IMG/VR virus record: IMGVR_UViG_3300033516_000275
Coordinates: 1 to 27,365 of that record
DNA: 27,365 nucleotides
Direction: 5' to 3' (one strand)
From: a virus
Lineage: Duplodnaviria; Caudoviricetes
Shown piece by piece: positions 14,703-24,071 of this stretch; positions within the stretch are counted from its first letter, which is position 1; each line of letters begins with the position of its first letter. The notes beneath the pieces are model-generated. The model made no database searches. It was not told where the DNA came from and saw only the letters and a program-made list of their open reading frames with translations. The position numbers were made by a program, and so were the translations under genes.

Positions 14703-14768
14703 AATAATCTTAAAGTTTGAATAAACGGAGTATTCGTTGTTGACAAAAGATGATTAGTATGGTATAAT
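14703..14768 (+). promoter_or_regulatory. sigma70 promoter with conserved upstream 17-bp box
   Basis: AATAATCTTAAAGTTTG, 20 bp, TTGACA-17-TATAAT-GGTATCAT. Confidence 0.85.
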
Positions 14769-14801
14769 GGTATCATCAAAGAAATTCAGAGGGGATTAAA
14801 A

Positions 14802-15140
14802 ATGACAAGTTACACCTTATTTGGCGGGACAAAAACCTTAAAGATTAGTGAGATAAACGTAGAATTAACCCCTGAACAAACAGTTAATTTAGGGATATTC
14901 AACTCACTTGAGACGGCTCGCAGTTTTGGGAAATTCAGTCAAATCAAAATCACCTTAAACGAAACCCAATTAAAATCATTAGGGATTAGTGAGAGTGAGA
15001 TGGGTTTTGAGTTAGAACAAGAAATAATTTGCCCAAATTGCTCTAATCACATCAAACAAAACGGCGAATGGTTTGATTACGCCGATAGACGAAGTTTTTT
15101 AACTAACGATATTTGTAACAACTGCTGTAACGAGGAATAA
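14802..15140 (+). CDS. hypothetical protein with C-terminal Zn ribbon (paralog of 11873)
   Basis: LTPEQTVNLGIF; CPNC..HIKQNGEW...CNNC. Confidence 0.8.
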   Translation: MTSYTLFGGTKTLKISEINVELTPEQTVNLGIFNSLETARSFGKFSQIKITLNETQLKSLGISESEMGFELEQEIICPNCSNHIKQNGEWFDYADRRSFLTNDICNNCCNEE

Positions 15141-15141
15141 A

Positions 15142-15423
15142 ATGACTTACAATAACATAATCACGAACATTTTAACCATAGTTTTTAATCAATTACTCAC
15201 GAATTTAGGTGAGACGGCAACTGTCACAATGACAGGGACAGATACCTCAGTCAGTGGGGTTGTGACTGTGAGTGATGGGACGAAGTTCTCTACCTCAATC
15301 TATCGGAACAGATTTACTCAAGATGAATTGAAACAAACCATTGTTAGTGACGTAGCCACAATGAGGGCGGCAATGATTGACACGGCTTACTCAGTCGCTC
15401 AAAAGGAATTACACCGATGTTAG
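15142..15423 (+). CDS. hypothetical protein
   Basis: GAGGA RBS, operon spacing. Confidence 0.7.
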   Translation: MTYNNIITNILTIVFNQLLTNLGETATVTMTGTDTSVSGVVTVSDGTKFSTSIYRNRFTQDELKQTIVSDVATMRAAMIDTAYSVAQKELHRC

Positions 15424-15683
15424 AACAATTACGAGACAAATTAAAACAAAACTACCCTGACCTTTATTACAATAACTTCACCCTTAAAATAGTTGAGGGG
15501 ATTGTAACATTTAAGGCAGACGGGGAAGTAATACCTTTAGGGACGAATTACGAGCAATGTTTAGTCACTCTTGAGAAAATGGCCGCAGATGTCCAAATTG
15601 AGCTAGAAAATGATTATGCCCTTGACGATGATGATTTAGACGAGGGTTACGATTACTCCAATCAAAGCGACCTGTGGGAGTAA
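15417..15683 (+). CDS. hypothetical protein with acidic C-terminus
   Basis: AAGGA RBS; DDDDLDEGYD tail. Confidence 0.7.
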   Translation: MLEQLRDKLKQNYPDLYYNNFTLKIVEGIVTFKADGEVIPLGTNYEQCLVTLEKMAADVQIELENDYALDDDDLDEGYDYSNQSDLWE

Positions 15684-15698
15684 GATAAACTGAGTGAG

Positions 15699-15732
15699 AA
15701 AAAAAAGACTATTGTTATAGTCTCTTTTTTTT
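15699..15732. terminator. intrinsic terminator
   Basis: A-run, AGACTAT/ATAGTCT stem, T-run. Confidence 0.75.
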
Positions 15733-15779
15733 ATGTCTACCGTTGGCTGAATTTAGAGTTACTGAGTATAATGTTATTT

Positions 15780-16976
15780 ATGGGTATACTCCAAAAGTTA
15801 GCTAATCTATTCGCCAAATTTTACACGAAACAAGAGGTAACATCAACGTTAGATTTACCTCAAAATCGCTTATCCAAACTATTGTTACAAGACAGAGACA
15901 TTCGTAATCGGGCGACTATCGTGAGGGCTTGTCGAGAGTTATACGTCAAAGATGCGCGTGTCGCTGAACCAATCCAAATGTACGCCTCAGATTTGGTGGG
16001 GACGGGTTTCACGATAACGGTGGTAGATAGCGTACTGAGTGAAAATAAAATAATCGCCCAACAAATCATCAACGATATGATTGGTCGCTTAAAGTTAAAT
16101 AGTGAGTTGAATGTTCCGTTAATTGATTGTTTTGTTAACGGTGACGTTTTTCTCGAAGTGAGTTATAACGAAGGCGGGGACATTGTGGCCTTATCCTCGA
16201 AAGCTCAATTGTATATGTATCGACATACCAACGATAACGATTTACCCTTTGACCCTGCTAAAATGTTTTTTTACTCAGAAAATTATTACGGAGATAAACC
16301 CAAAGATAATGATGTCGTATGGTTTCCTGCGTGGCAAATGATACACATCCGTAACAATTTCTTGAAAAAAAGTCGGTACGGTTCACCGACTTTTGCCTCA
16401 GCGATTGATGCGGCGGAGAAATTAGCGAGGGCGGAACAGAATGTGTCGATGAATCGGTTATTTTACGCTCAGAAAACAGTGGTTCATCGTTTAACGGGTT
16501 ACTCACTAGAGGAAGTGAAAGCCTATCAAGCGTTAAATACCATTGATTTGAATAATCCCTACGATGCCGTCGCTCAATATTTTGTTACAGGCGGACAAGG
16601 GGCGGGAATTGAAATACTCAACTCAGGGGGTGGTATTGGGGCGTTAGATGATGTGGAGTTACACGTTAGGGCGATGTTGGCGGCGAGTCCTGCTCCAACC
16701 GTGTTATTTGATTATCTGCCCGGTGGCGGTAGTTTGTCCGACAGTGGATTGCCCTTCAAACTCACTCAGTATTATATGCGTGTCAGGGCAGGGCGTAAAT
16801 GGGTGATTGATAGTTTTATCAATCCGTTAATCGAAAAACAATTGTTGGCTAAAGATTTGTGGCCGAAACATCTCACTCTTGAGATTAAATTTAACGACGA
16901 GGATATGGTGAACGCGATTATTTTACAAGGGCTGTTGGGAGCTAAACCTACCGATGAAGGAACGCCCGTACAATGA
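15780..16976 (+). CDS. portal protein
   Basis: GDVFLEV...FPAWQMIHIRN...RYGSP portal pattern; upstream of capsid gene; start probably ATG 15780. Confidence 0.88.
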   Translation: MGILQKLANLFAKFYTKQEVTSTLDLPQNRLSKLLLQDRDIRNRATIVRACRELYVKDARVAEPIQMYASDLVGTGFTITVVDSVLSENKIIAQQIINDMIGRLKLNSELNVPLIDCFVNGDVFLEVSYNEGGDIVALSSKAQLYMYRHTNDNDLPFDPAKMFFYSENYYGDKPKDNDVVWFPAWQMIHIRNNFLKKSRYGSPTFASAIDAAEKLARAEQNVSMNRLFYAQKTVVHRLTGYSLEEVKAYQALNTIDLNNPYDAVAQYFVTGGQGAGIEILNSGGGIGALDDVELHVRAMLAASPAPTVLFDYLPGGGSLSDSGLPFKLTQYYMRVRAGRKWVIDSFINPLIEKQLLAKDLWPKHLTLEIKFNDEDMVNAIILQGLLGAKPTDEGTPVQ

Positions 16977-17185
16977 ATATAAACCCTGAATTTTGGTTGA
17001 CGTTGAGACGATTACTCATACATTTAATTAAATTACTAGACCCTGAATTAAAACAAAACGGCATTATCAAGATGACCCACGACGAGACAATTATTTTCGA
17101 TTGGATTATAACTAACTCGCTGAGAACAGAAATGTCATTGAAGGAATTAAGGTTAAAATGTAAAGAACTTAAACGGATTCCTTGA
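16973..17185 (+). CDS. hypothetical protein
   Basis: ATGA-coupled to portal. Confidence 0.55.
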   Translation: MNINPEFWLTLRRLLIHLIKLLDPELKQNGIIKMTHDETIIFDWIITNSLRTEMSLKELRLKCKELKRIP

Positions 17186-17188
17186 AAA

Positions 17189-17216
17189 TTGACATAATCG
17201 AAATATATGCTAGAAT
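17189..17216 (+). promoter_or_regulatory. probable promoter of capsid operon
   Basis: TTGACA-16-TAGAAT with TG extension. Confidence 0.6.
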
Positions 17217-17320
17217 GTAAAAACAATTACATAAAAAACCTATCGGGAGATGTGTTTCCCCAACGGCCATAATTTGAGAATTTTTCTCATACTATGGCCG
17301 TTTTGTTTTGGAAATTATAA

Positions 17321-19723
17321 ATGGGACAACTTGTAAAAATCATAGAGCCATTAGCTGAGGTTATGGTTACTTTTGATAATAAAAAATCAATGAAGGATGC
17401 CGCAGGGGATATACTCACTACCCCCCGCCGTATCACAGGTATCGGAACAACGGGTAATGCCATAAATGCAAATCGGCGCATTTATCCGACACCTGTATTA
17501 CGAGATGCAGTAGCGGAAGTAACCGCTAAAATTGCGTCAGGTCACTCACTAACGGGACAAATAGACCACCCCGAATACGATGAGGACGCAGAATTGGAAG
17601 ACGTGGTAGTCAATTGGACAACTATAATCTTGAATGGAAATTCAGTTGAGTTAGCGGGGTTGCTGTCTCCAATAAAAGGTCAAAGAATCGAAGAGTTACT
17701 GAGTATTGGTATGAGAGTAGGTATTTCGATGCGAGCGTGGGGTGTCGTAGAACCTATTGATATGTTGGGTGATGTAGCTTATCAAGTGACTGAATTACAT
17801 ATAGAAGGTTATGATTTCGTACTTAATGCCGCCGATGCAAATGGGGTGGTCAAGACTTTGGAGAGTAAAAAAATGACGACAGCAACTATACCGACCAATG
17901 CTGATGATGATGTAGTATCGTTACAAACAAAAATTCCCGCAATTTACGACAAGGTTGTGGCGGAATATGAGGCCAAACAAACCGAAATACGATTAGCGAG
18001 AGAGGCGGAACAAAAAATCGCAGACGCTAAAGCTGAGGCCATTCAATTAGAGAAATTAGCGAATCAAGCTAAAATCGATGGGATTGTGGCTGAACGTGAA
18101 CAACAAATGCGTGACACATTGGGTTTATCACCCGATGATGATTTATTGTTAGTCTTGAGTGAGCAACGGAAAAAAGCGGCGGAAGCCGATAAAATCAAAT
18201 TGGCTGATGCCGTCAATAAAGCGATTGATACGGAATTGAATAAAACGAAATTCGCTGATGTTACAATGAAAGGGATTCGAGATAGCGTTATTGCGTTAGC
18301 TCCTAACTCTGCCGAACAAGCGACACAATTGACGCTCAATCAGATTAAAATGTTTGAAAAGGTGATGGTTGACATCGATAAAGTCACTCAAGGAACAGCC
18401 GTCAAGCAACAAGTATTACAGGTGGCTTCGGTATTTGAGAAAGAAACCAATCAGCCTGAGTTTATGCGTCCCGCTGTACTGTTGGTTGAACGGATGCAAC
18501 GGACGAGAATTGGTAAAGCGTGGAATATGGTGAAACCGCAAAACCCCAATGAGGTTTTTGCCGCACAGTATCTTGACCACGCCTTGAATAATGAACTAAT
18601 CAAACGAAATTTGATTTTGGAATCTCGTCAATTCAATGATACTACCACCACCGCCGATTTGAACCTACCTTATTCTTTGATGATGGGTGTTATCGCTCAA
18701 GCCGTTCCTTCACTCGTTGCGACGGGTATGTTTGCTGCCGATACAATGAACGCCCCCATTGAGCGAAGATATTACAGTCGGTTTGTCGGTGATGAAGGTA
18801 AAACCGTCACTGTGTCAAATGAAGCTGTGACCATTACAACTCTTGAAACTCCCGTCAAATTAGCGGGCGCACAAATTACGTTTGGTAGTGTGGTCGTGAC
18901 GAAGGGTGCGACAACCTTTGAGGAAGGCGATGATTTTATCATCAAATACACCGAAGGGACTATTATGGCTGTCACAGGTGGTGGTATCGTTGCAACGGAT
19001 GTTTTAGCCGTCGATTATGTATACGATGCCATTAGACAAGGTGAAGGAATGGGTATTCAACGAGCAGGATTAACCCAAACACCTATCACGATGACTGCCT
19101 CCGCCGTCCGTTTAGCTACTCTAATCACCGACGAGGCCATTTTGTTCAGTCAAGCTCTAAACAACGATAATATCCTCAAACGTACCTTAGAGGCATTGGT
19201 GTTAGACATACGTAACAAGATTGACGGGGCGTTGTTTGCGGAAGCGACAAGTGCGGCGTTATCTGTTCGTAACAACAATGCAGGGTCGTGGGATAGTGGC
19301 GTGGGTGATTTAGCGGCGTTTACAAATTTAGTGGGTACGGCGAAAACGATGGTGGGTGATAGATTTTACAAGCCCGACTTTTTGTTACTCAGTTTAGCTA
19401 ACGCTGACCACTTATCCAATTCCCCCTCATTTACCTCTGCGGGTAGTCGGGTTGACGGTCATTTGACCCCCGAAGGGAATGTGGGACGGTTCAAGGGTTT
19501 AGAGGTGTTCCAAAGCCCGTTGGTGGTCGATAGTTACGCTTTGATTGGTAATCGTGAAGTGGTTTTGTATTCAATGTTCAAACCGATGCAATTGAAAGGT
19601 GGGCAAATGAATCGAGATAATGAAGGATTGTTAGTCGATTCTCAAGAATGGTTCGTGGTTGAATATAACGCCATTGCGTCCCCTGTCCCTGAAAAAGCGT
19701 CGTACTTTAAGATAACGGCATAA
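17321..19723 (+). CDS. prohead protease-scaffold-major capsid fusion protein
   Basis: N-terminal T4 gp21-like protease (NANRRIYP, GQIDHP, GISMRAWG, YDFV); central coiled coil; C-terminal capsid-like region (GNVGRFKGLEVFQS). Confidence 0.88.
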   Translation: MGQLVKIIEPLAEVMVTFDNKKSMKDAAGDILTTPRRITGIGTTGNAINANRRIYPTPVLRDAVAEVTAKIASGHSLTGQIDHPEYDEDAELEDVVVNWTTIILNGNSVELAGLLSPIKGQRIEELLSIGMRVGISMRAWGVVEPIDMLGDVAYQVTELHIEGYDFVLNAADANGVVKTLESKKMTTATIPTNADDDVVSLQTKIPAIYDKVVAEYEAKQTEIRLAREAEQKIADAKAEAIQLEKLANQAKIDGIVAEREQQMRDTLGLSPDDDLLLVLSEQRKKAAEADKIKLADAVNKAIDTELNKTKFADVTMKGIRDSVIALAPNSAEQATQLTLNQIKMFEKVMVDIDKVTQGTAVKQQVLQVASVFEKETNQPEFMRPAVLLVERMQRTRIGKAWNMVKPQNPNEVFAAQYLDHALNNELIKRNLILESRQFNDTTTTADLNLPYSLMMGVIAQAVPSLVATGMFAADTMNAPIERRYYSRFVGDEGKTVTVSNEAVTITTLETPVKLAGAQITFGSVVVTKGATTFEEGDDFIIKYTEGTIMAVTGGGIVATDVLAVDYVYDAIRQGEGMGIQRAGLTQTPITMTASAVRLATLITDEAILFSQALNNDNILKRTLEALVLDIRNKIDGALFAEATSAALSVRNNNAGSWDSGVGDLAAFTNLVGTAKTMVGDRFYKPDFLLLSLANADHLSNSPSFTSAGSRVDGHLTPEGNVGRFKGLEVFQSPLVVDSYALIGNREVVLYSMFKPMQLKGGQMNRDNEGLLVDSQEWFVVEYNAIASPVPEKASYFKITA

Positions 19724-19783
19724 TTATCTTGAGAGTGATGATATTTCTATCATCACTCTCATTCAAAAAAAAGAGGTACTATT

Positions 19784-20077
19784 ATGATAACTGTGATGGT
19801 TATATCTCCTACACCGATTATGGTGGCGAACAAATTGCGACGCAAAGGTTACACCTTTAGTGTTACGGAATCCACTTATGCGCGTACAATGAAGGAATAC
19901 CCTAACTCGTTGCAAATTACCCCGCAACAACAAATTGTAAAAATTACTGAAATTACTCCACCCGTAATCGTTGCAATTGAGGAACACCCCGACTCCGATG
20001 AACCATTGACCATTGACCCCGATTTAATTGAAACGGAGTTACCGAAAAAACGTGTTGGGCGTAAGGTTGCACAATGA
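19784..20077 (+). CDS. hypothetical head-module protein
   Basis: AGAGGT RBS; directly after capsid gene. Confidence 0.7.
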   Translation: MITVMVISPTPIMVANKLRRKGYTFSVTESTYARTMKEYPNSLQITPQQQIVKITEITPPVIVAIEEHPDSDEPLTIDPDLIETELPKKRVGRKVAQ

Positions 20078-20382
20078 GTTTGACTAAATTACGACGGTTA
20101 ATAAACGAACCCACCGACGTAACGTACAGTGACGCTATCTTGAGTGAGGCGTTAGCAGAACAATCTGATATTTACGCCGTTGCTGCCGATATATGGTTAG
20201 AAAAGGCAGCAGCGGTGATTAGTTTTGATTTTAGTGCTGATGGGGCAACCTTTAGCAAAAGTCAATTGCATAAACAGTATTTAGAACAACGGGATTTATG
20301 TTTAAGTAAAGTCAAAGGAACTATTGTTAAAGTAGTCCCCAAACCCACACCCAAAGATTATCAAGTCATCATAAATAATTAG
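20074..20382 (+). CDS. head-tail adaptor (SPP1 gp15-like)
   Basis: LRRLINE...YSDAIL...DIYAVAADIW...FDFSADGATFSKSQ; position. Confidence 0.75.
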   Translation: MSLTKLRRLINEPTDVTYSDAILSEALAEQSDIYAVAADIWLEKAAAVISFDFSADGATFSKSQLHKQYLEQRDLCLSKVKGTIVKVVPKPTPKDYQVIINN

Positions 20383-20399
20383 TTTAGACCCAAATCGAA

Positions 20400-20780
20400 A
20401 TGCCATTATTGTCACAAACCGATATAGCCGCAATGATTTTGATACAAAGGCAGAGTCTTCACGACACGGCCACACTTAAAAAATTCAAACAAGGCTCACC
20501 TGATGATTATGGTTATATTTCGACAGGGTTTGACGATACAGTAGGTGTTGCCTGTGGTTTTAAGTCCAAATCGGTGAATGATACTATGGGCAACACCGAA
20601 ATATCAACCTTAACGGCTGAATTACGCCTACCGATAGATATTGAAATAACAGGACTCGACCAAATTTTATTAACACATCGTTATGGTACAGAGATTACGC
20701 CCGTATTATTTAATGTTTCAGGGACTCCGATAATTGGAGTTACGGGAATTATTGTTCAGTTAATTAAGGTAACAAAATGA
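20400..20780 (+). CDS. head closure protein (SPP1 gp16-like)
   Basis: DDYG...VACGF...LRLPIDIEITGLDQI; position. Confidence 0.7.
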   Translation: MPLLSQTDIAAMILIQRQSLHDTATLKKFKQGSPDDYGYISTGFDDTVGVACGFKSKSVNDTMGNTEISTLTAELRLPIDIEITGLDQILLTHRYGTEITPVLFNVSGTPIIGVTGIIVQLIKVTK

Positions 20781-21217
20781 TTCCAACAATTGAAAGATTA
20801 GCTGATTTTTTGGCAGTTCACCCCGAATATAGTGAGTTATCGCACGAGGAATTAACGGGGCAATTAAATGCTCATACTCAAGAGGGCGATATTCCCGTTA
20901 ATGAGATTGACCGCTTTTTGAGTACCAATTTCCTCAACTATCCTGTAGAGAAAATGTATCAAAGCGACGCAACACCCGACCAACTTAAAGCCGTATTATT
21001 TGAAATAAAGAATTTTAGAAATGCAATATGGGGTAATGTGGCGTTAAGTACCTTTAATGGGTTACTAACTATGATGAATTATTTCCCATTTTTGACTGAT
21101 GCTCATAAAGCGGGGCTGATGGCACTCAAGATGAATAGACGCAGTATTTTAGATGTCGAGGGCATTGGGGCGGTTTCTGAGATGGATGTGATTATGGCGA
21201 GGCAACACAATGGCTAG
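20777..21217 (+). CDS. hypothetical virion-module protein
   Basis: ATGA coupling. Confidence 0.75.
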   Translation: MIPTIERLADFLAVHPEYSELSHEELTGQLNAHTQEGDIPVNEIDRFLSTNFLNYPVEKMYQSDATPDQLKAVLFEIKNFRNAIWGNVALSTFNGLLTMMNYFPFLTDAHKAGLMALKMNRRSILDVEGIGAVSEMDVIMARQHNG

Positions 21218-21713
21218 AGAACTTAAGTTATTGGACGCAAACCCCTTCAAATGGGTCAATACACCCGCAGAGAGTGAGTACGCCCTTACAATGAGGTCAT
21301 TAGCCGCCGCTACTGCATCCATTGGAGCAAGGGCTTTTTTGGGCAATAAATTCAGCCCTGAGATGGTATTATCTTTCAAATATAAATCTCTCTCCGCACC
21401 AACGGCGGGTAACTTCATTAACCTTTATTTAGCTTACAGTATTGATGCCACTACAACCGCTTCGGCGGGTTACTCCAATGCCGCCGCCTCAATTACGGGG
21501 GCGGATTTATTGGATAAACAATTTCAATTTCAAAACGTGGGTTATCTCTCAGTTGATAATATCACTACAGAACAGAGAGTGTTTTTTTTATTTAGTCCCA
21601 TTACGCCTTATGTTCAACCTGTAATCTATAACGGTACTACAGTTGCCTTTAGTGCCACTGCCGCCGACCACGAATTATTACTTATTCCAACTTATAGGGT
21701 GTTTACCGTCTAA
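21210..21713 (+). CDS. putative beta-rich virion accessory protein
   Basis: Ala/Thr-rich, beta-strand pattern; within structural operon. Confidence 0.65.
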   Translation: MARELKLLDANPFKWVNTPAESEYALTMRSLAAATASIGARAFLGNKFSPEMVLSFKYKSLSAPTAGNFINLYLAYSIDATTTASAGYSNAAASITGADLLDKQFQFQNVGYLSVDNITTEQRVFFLFSPITPYVQPVIYNGTTVAFSATAADHELLLIPTYRVFTV

Positions 21714-22546
21714 TGGCTACTCCTACTTACCAATGGGATTATCTCACTAATGTTTACACAGCCTCAAATAAACCCGCAAAAGTCGGTGATGTTGTTACAT
21801 CGTGGAGTGACTTGAGAAAAGGCATATCATTTATTCCAACAGGTATGCTTGTATCAGGAACGCCTTCAAATATAATGCAAAATGTTAATGCCTACAGCCC
21901 AATGATTCTAGAATCCGATGGTTTAGCAATAACGGCGTTAAACGGTGCTAATATTTACAATAACAGCGTTATTAACGGGTTTACGCTTCGAGGTCAGGGC
22001 GGGGGGACTGTTCCCGTTGCCTCAATTGAGATGTGGTTTAAAATCGTAAACATTGGGGAAGGTATAGATTTACTGAGTTGGTCACAAGCACCAACCTTAA
22101 CCTGCAAATTTCACGTTACCCCTACAAGTATTACGTGGCATGCGGGTGGGGGAAGTTGGGTATCTTCCCCCAGGGTAAGTATTACGTGGAAACTAAATGT
22201 ATGGTATCATTTTTATTACGCTTTTATGAATAACTTAAGTCCTTGTAATCATAGTCTAGTTATTAACGGGTCGATTAAAACAGCAGCATCACAATGGGGT
22301 GGTTTGCATAGTCCTAATTGTGCCACAAATAGTACGGTGAGTGTCGGTAGATGTTTACCTAAAGGGAAACTTGTTGTATCTGATTTAAAGATTTATAGTA
22401 ATGTATATCAATACACATGGGATACCACGTTCACACCAACCCCACGCACTATCGGTAATCCCAATAACACCCGTTTATTCACTAACGATAAATCAGGCAT
22501 TAACCCTTATTACTATCCTTTTCTAAAAGGCAGACCTTATGGGTAA
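21713..22546 (+). CDS. LamG/concanavalin A-like lectin domain protein
   Basis: SIEMWFK...LNVWYHFYY...LVING...VSDLKIYS pattern. Confidence 0.7.
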   Translation: MATPTYQWDYLTNVYTASNKPAKVGDVVTSWSDLRKGISFIPTGMLVSGTPSNIMQNVNAYSPMILESDGLAITALNGANIYNNSVINGFTLRGQGGGTVPVASIEMWFKIVNIGEGIDLLSWSQAPTLTCKFHVTPTSITWHAGGGSWVSSPRVSITWKLNVWYHFYYAFMNNLSPCNHSLVINGSIKTAASQWGGLHSPNCATNSTVSVGRCLPKGKLVVSDLKIYSNVYQYTWDTTFTPTPRTIGNPNNTRLFTNDKSGINPYYYPFLKGRPYG

Positions 22547-22931
22547 TAAATTCGATATTGACGGTGTTATCCAAAAAGCGCATAAAGCTCTAAACATTGG
22601 CCTTTTGGCTCAGTCGATTGCACAACAAGCCCGTCAAAACATCGAATCGGTAAACCGAATTGATAGTGGGGTGATGCGAGAAACGATTTATATAGTCACT
22701 CAAGAAATGGACACTTACGGTTCAGTCACTTCATCGGGGTTTTATCGGTCATCTAAAACGGGTTATATGTCACATCATCAGGTGAACCCAATGGCTGAAT
22801 TAGGCGGCAATGACGCATTAGTAGGCATTGCTGCGGATTATACAGGACATAATGAAATTGCTGACCATTTCTTATACGGCGCACTTGAGATGGGTGAGGA
22901 ATTTCTAAAAAGCGTGGTTGAACCGTGGTAG
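22539..22931 (+). CDS. HK97 gp10-like tail completion protein
   Basis: IDSGVMRETI...YTGHNE...FLYGAL pattern; position. Confidence 0.7.
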   Translation: MGNKFDIDGVIQKAHKALNIGLLAQSIAQQARQNIESVNRIDSGVMRETIYIVTQEMDTYGSVTSSGFYRSSKTGYMSHHQVNPMAELGGNDALVGIAADYTGHNEIADHFLYGALEMGEEFLKSVVEPW

Positions 22932-23296
22932 ATTGGCGAAAACAGTTACGAACTTTTTTACTCACTCAATTCTCAAATGTCTACGCTACGGACAGTTTAC
23001 CCAACGATTATAAACCGTCTAACGGTATCGCCGTCACTTTTGAAACACGAGGCGGGAAACAAAACGATAGCTCAACCACGTTAACGGTGTCCGTCCAATT
23101 CAAGATTTACGGGACTTCACTCACTGACATCATTAACGCCGATAAATTACTTTACGATACCCTCAACAATGAGGACGAAGCCTTTCTGTCAGCCCGTTTA
23201 GAACGACCCTCCCTTCAACGAACCGAAACCAATGCTAATTTATTGTGGCAATATACGTTAGCTTATTACACCATCATTTTTGAAAACAATGAATAA
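22925..23296 (+). CDS. tail terminator protein
   Basis: SVQFKIYG...LYDTLN; size and position. Confidence 0.65.
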   Translation: MVDWRKQLRTFLLTQFSNVYATDSLPNDYKPSNGIAVTFETRGGKQNDSSTTLTVSVQFKIYGTSLTDIINADKLLYDTLNNEDEAFLSARLERPSLQRTETNANLLWQYTLAYYTIIFENNE

Positions 23297-24068
23297 ACTA
23301 AAAGTAATGAAGGCTCATTTTCCATTTAGAGGCGACCACCCTGACGTATGTCGGTGGTCTAACGATATGGAATTACAATGTTCTCAAGATAAACGCATCG
23401 AATCATTAGGGTCGTATTACATTAGCGATACCCCTGTCACAATGTCTCGTAATCGGGCGGTACAGACAGCCATTCAAAATAAGATTGATATATTACTGAT
23501 GATAGACGATGATATGGGCGTGGACATACTGAACCCAACTGTTACCTTTTGGGAAACTTCACTGAATTTTATGTTAAGTCGGTGGGACATTGCGCCAACC
23601 GTTGTAGCAGTGCCTTATTGTAGCGCATCGCCTTTAGAGGAAGTGATGGCTTTTCGATGGGGGGCAACGCAGACAAATGACCCCAATCCCAATTATCAAC
23701 TCAAGAAATATGAGCGAGAGGAAGTGATAGATTTTGTGGGCATTACGCCTGTAGCGGCCTTAGCGACGGGGTTGGTGGCGATTGATATGCGAGTTTTTAC
23801 AGGGTTCACGCTTAACGACGGACGCATCGTTAAGCTCACCCCACCCTATTTCCGTTATGAATGGACTGACAAAACGGAATCCGTCAAAGCCTCAACTGAG
23901 GATGTGGTTTTTAGTCGCGATACAGCGTTAATTTTCGCACAACACGGTTTAGAAACCTGTTTTGTGAATTGGGACTGTTGGGCGATTCATCATAAGACAA
24001 AAGCGGTAGGTAAACCTCACCGCCCATCAAGTGTAAACATTGCTAAATTATTTAGTAAAGGAGATTAA
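23289..24068 (+). CDS. GT-A fold (family 2-like) glycosyltransferase
   Basis: SRNRAVQTA...ILLMIDDDM (DxD)...TGLVAIDMRVF...TEDVVFS. Confidence 0.75.
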   Translation: MNKLKVMKAHFPFRGDHPDVCRWSNDMELQCSQDKRIESLGSYYISDTPVTMSRNRAVQTAIQNKIDILLMIDDDMGVDILNPTVTFWETSLNFMLSRWDIAPTVVAVPYCSASPLEEVMAFRWGATQTNDPNPNYQLKKYEREEVIDFVGITPVAALATGLVAIDMRVFTGFTLNDGRIVKLTPPYFRYEWTDKTESVKASTEDVVFSRDTALIFAQHGLETCFVNWDCWAIHHKTKAVGKPHRPSSVNIAKLFSKGD

Positions 24069-24071
24069 GAT

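Noticed and set aside
11553-14779. Similar minus-strand N-termini MMIPLYH in ORFs 11553..11837 and 14351..14779
   Set aside because: Antisense translation of the repeated promoter sequence, not protein homology
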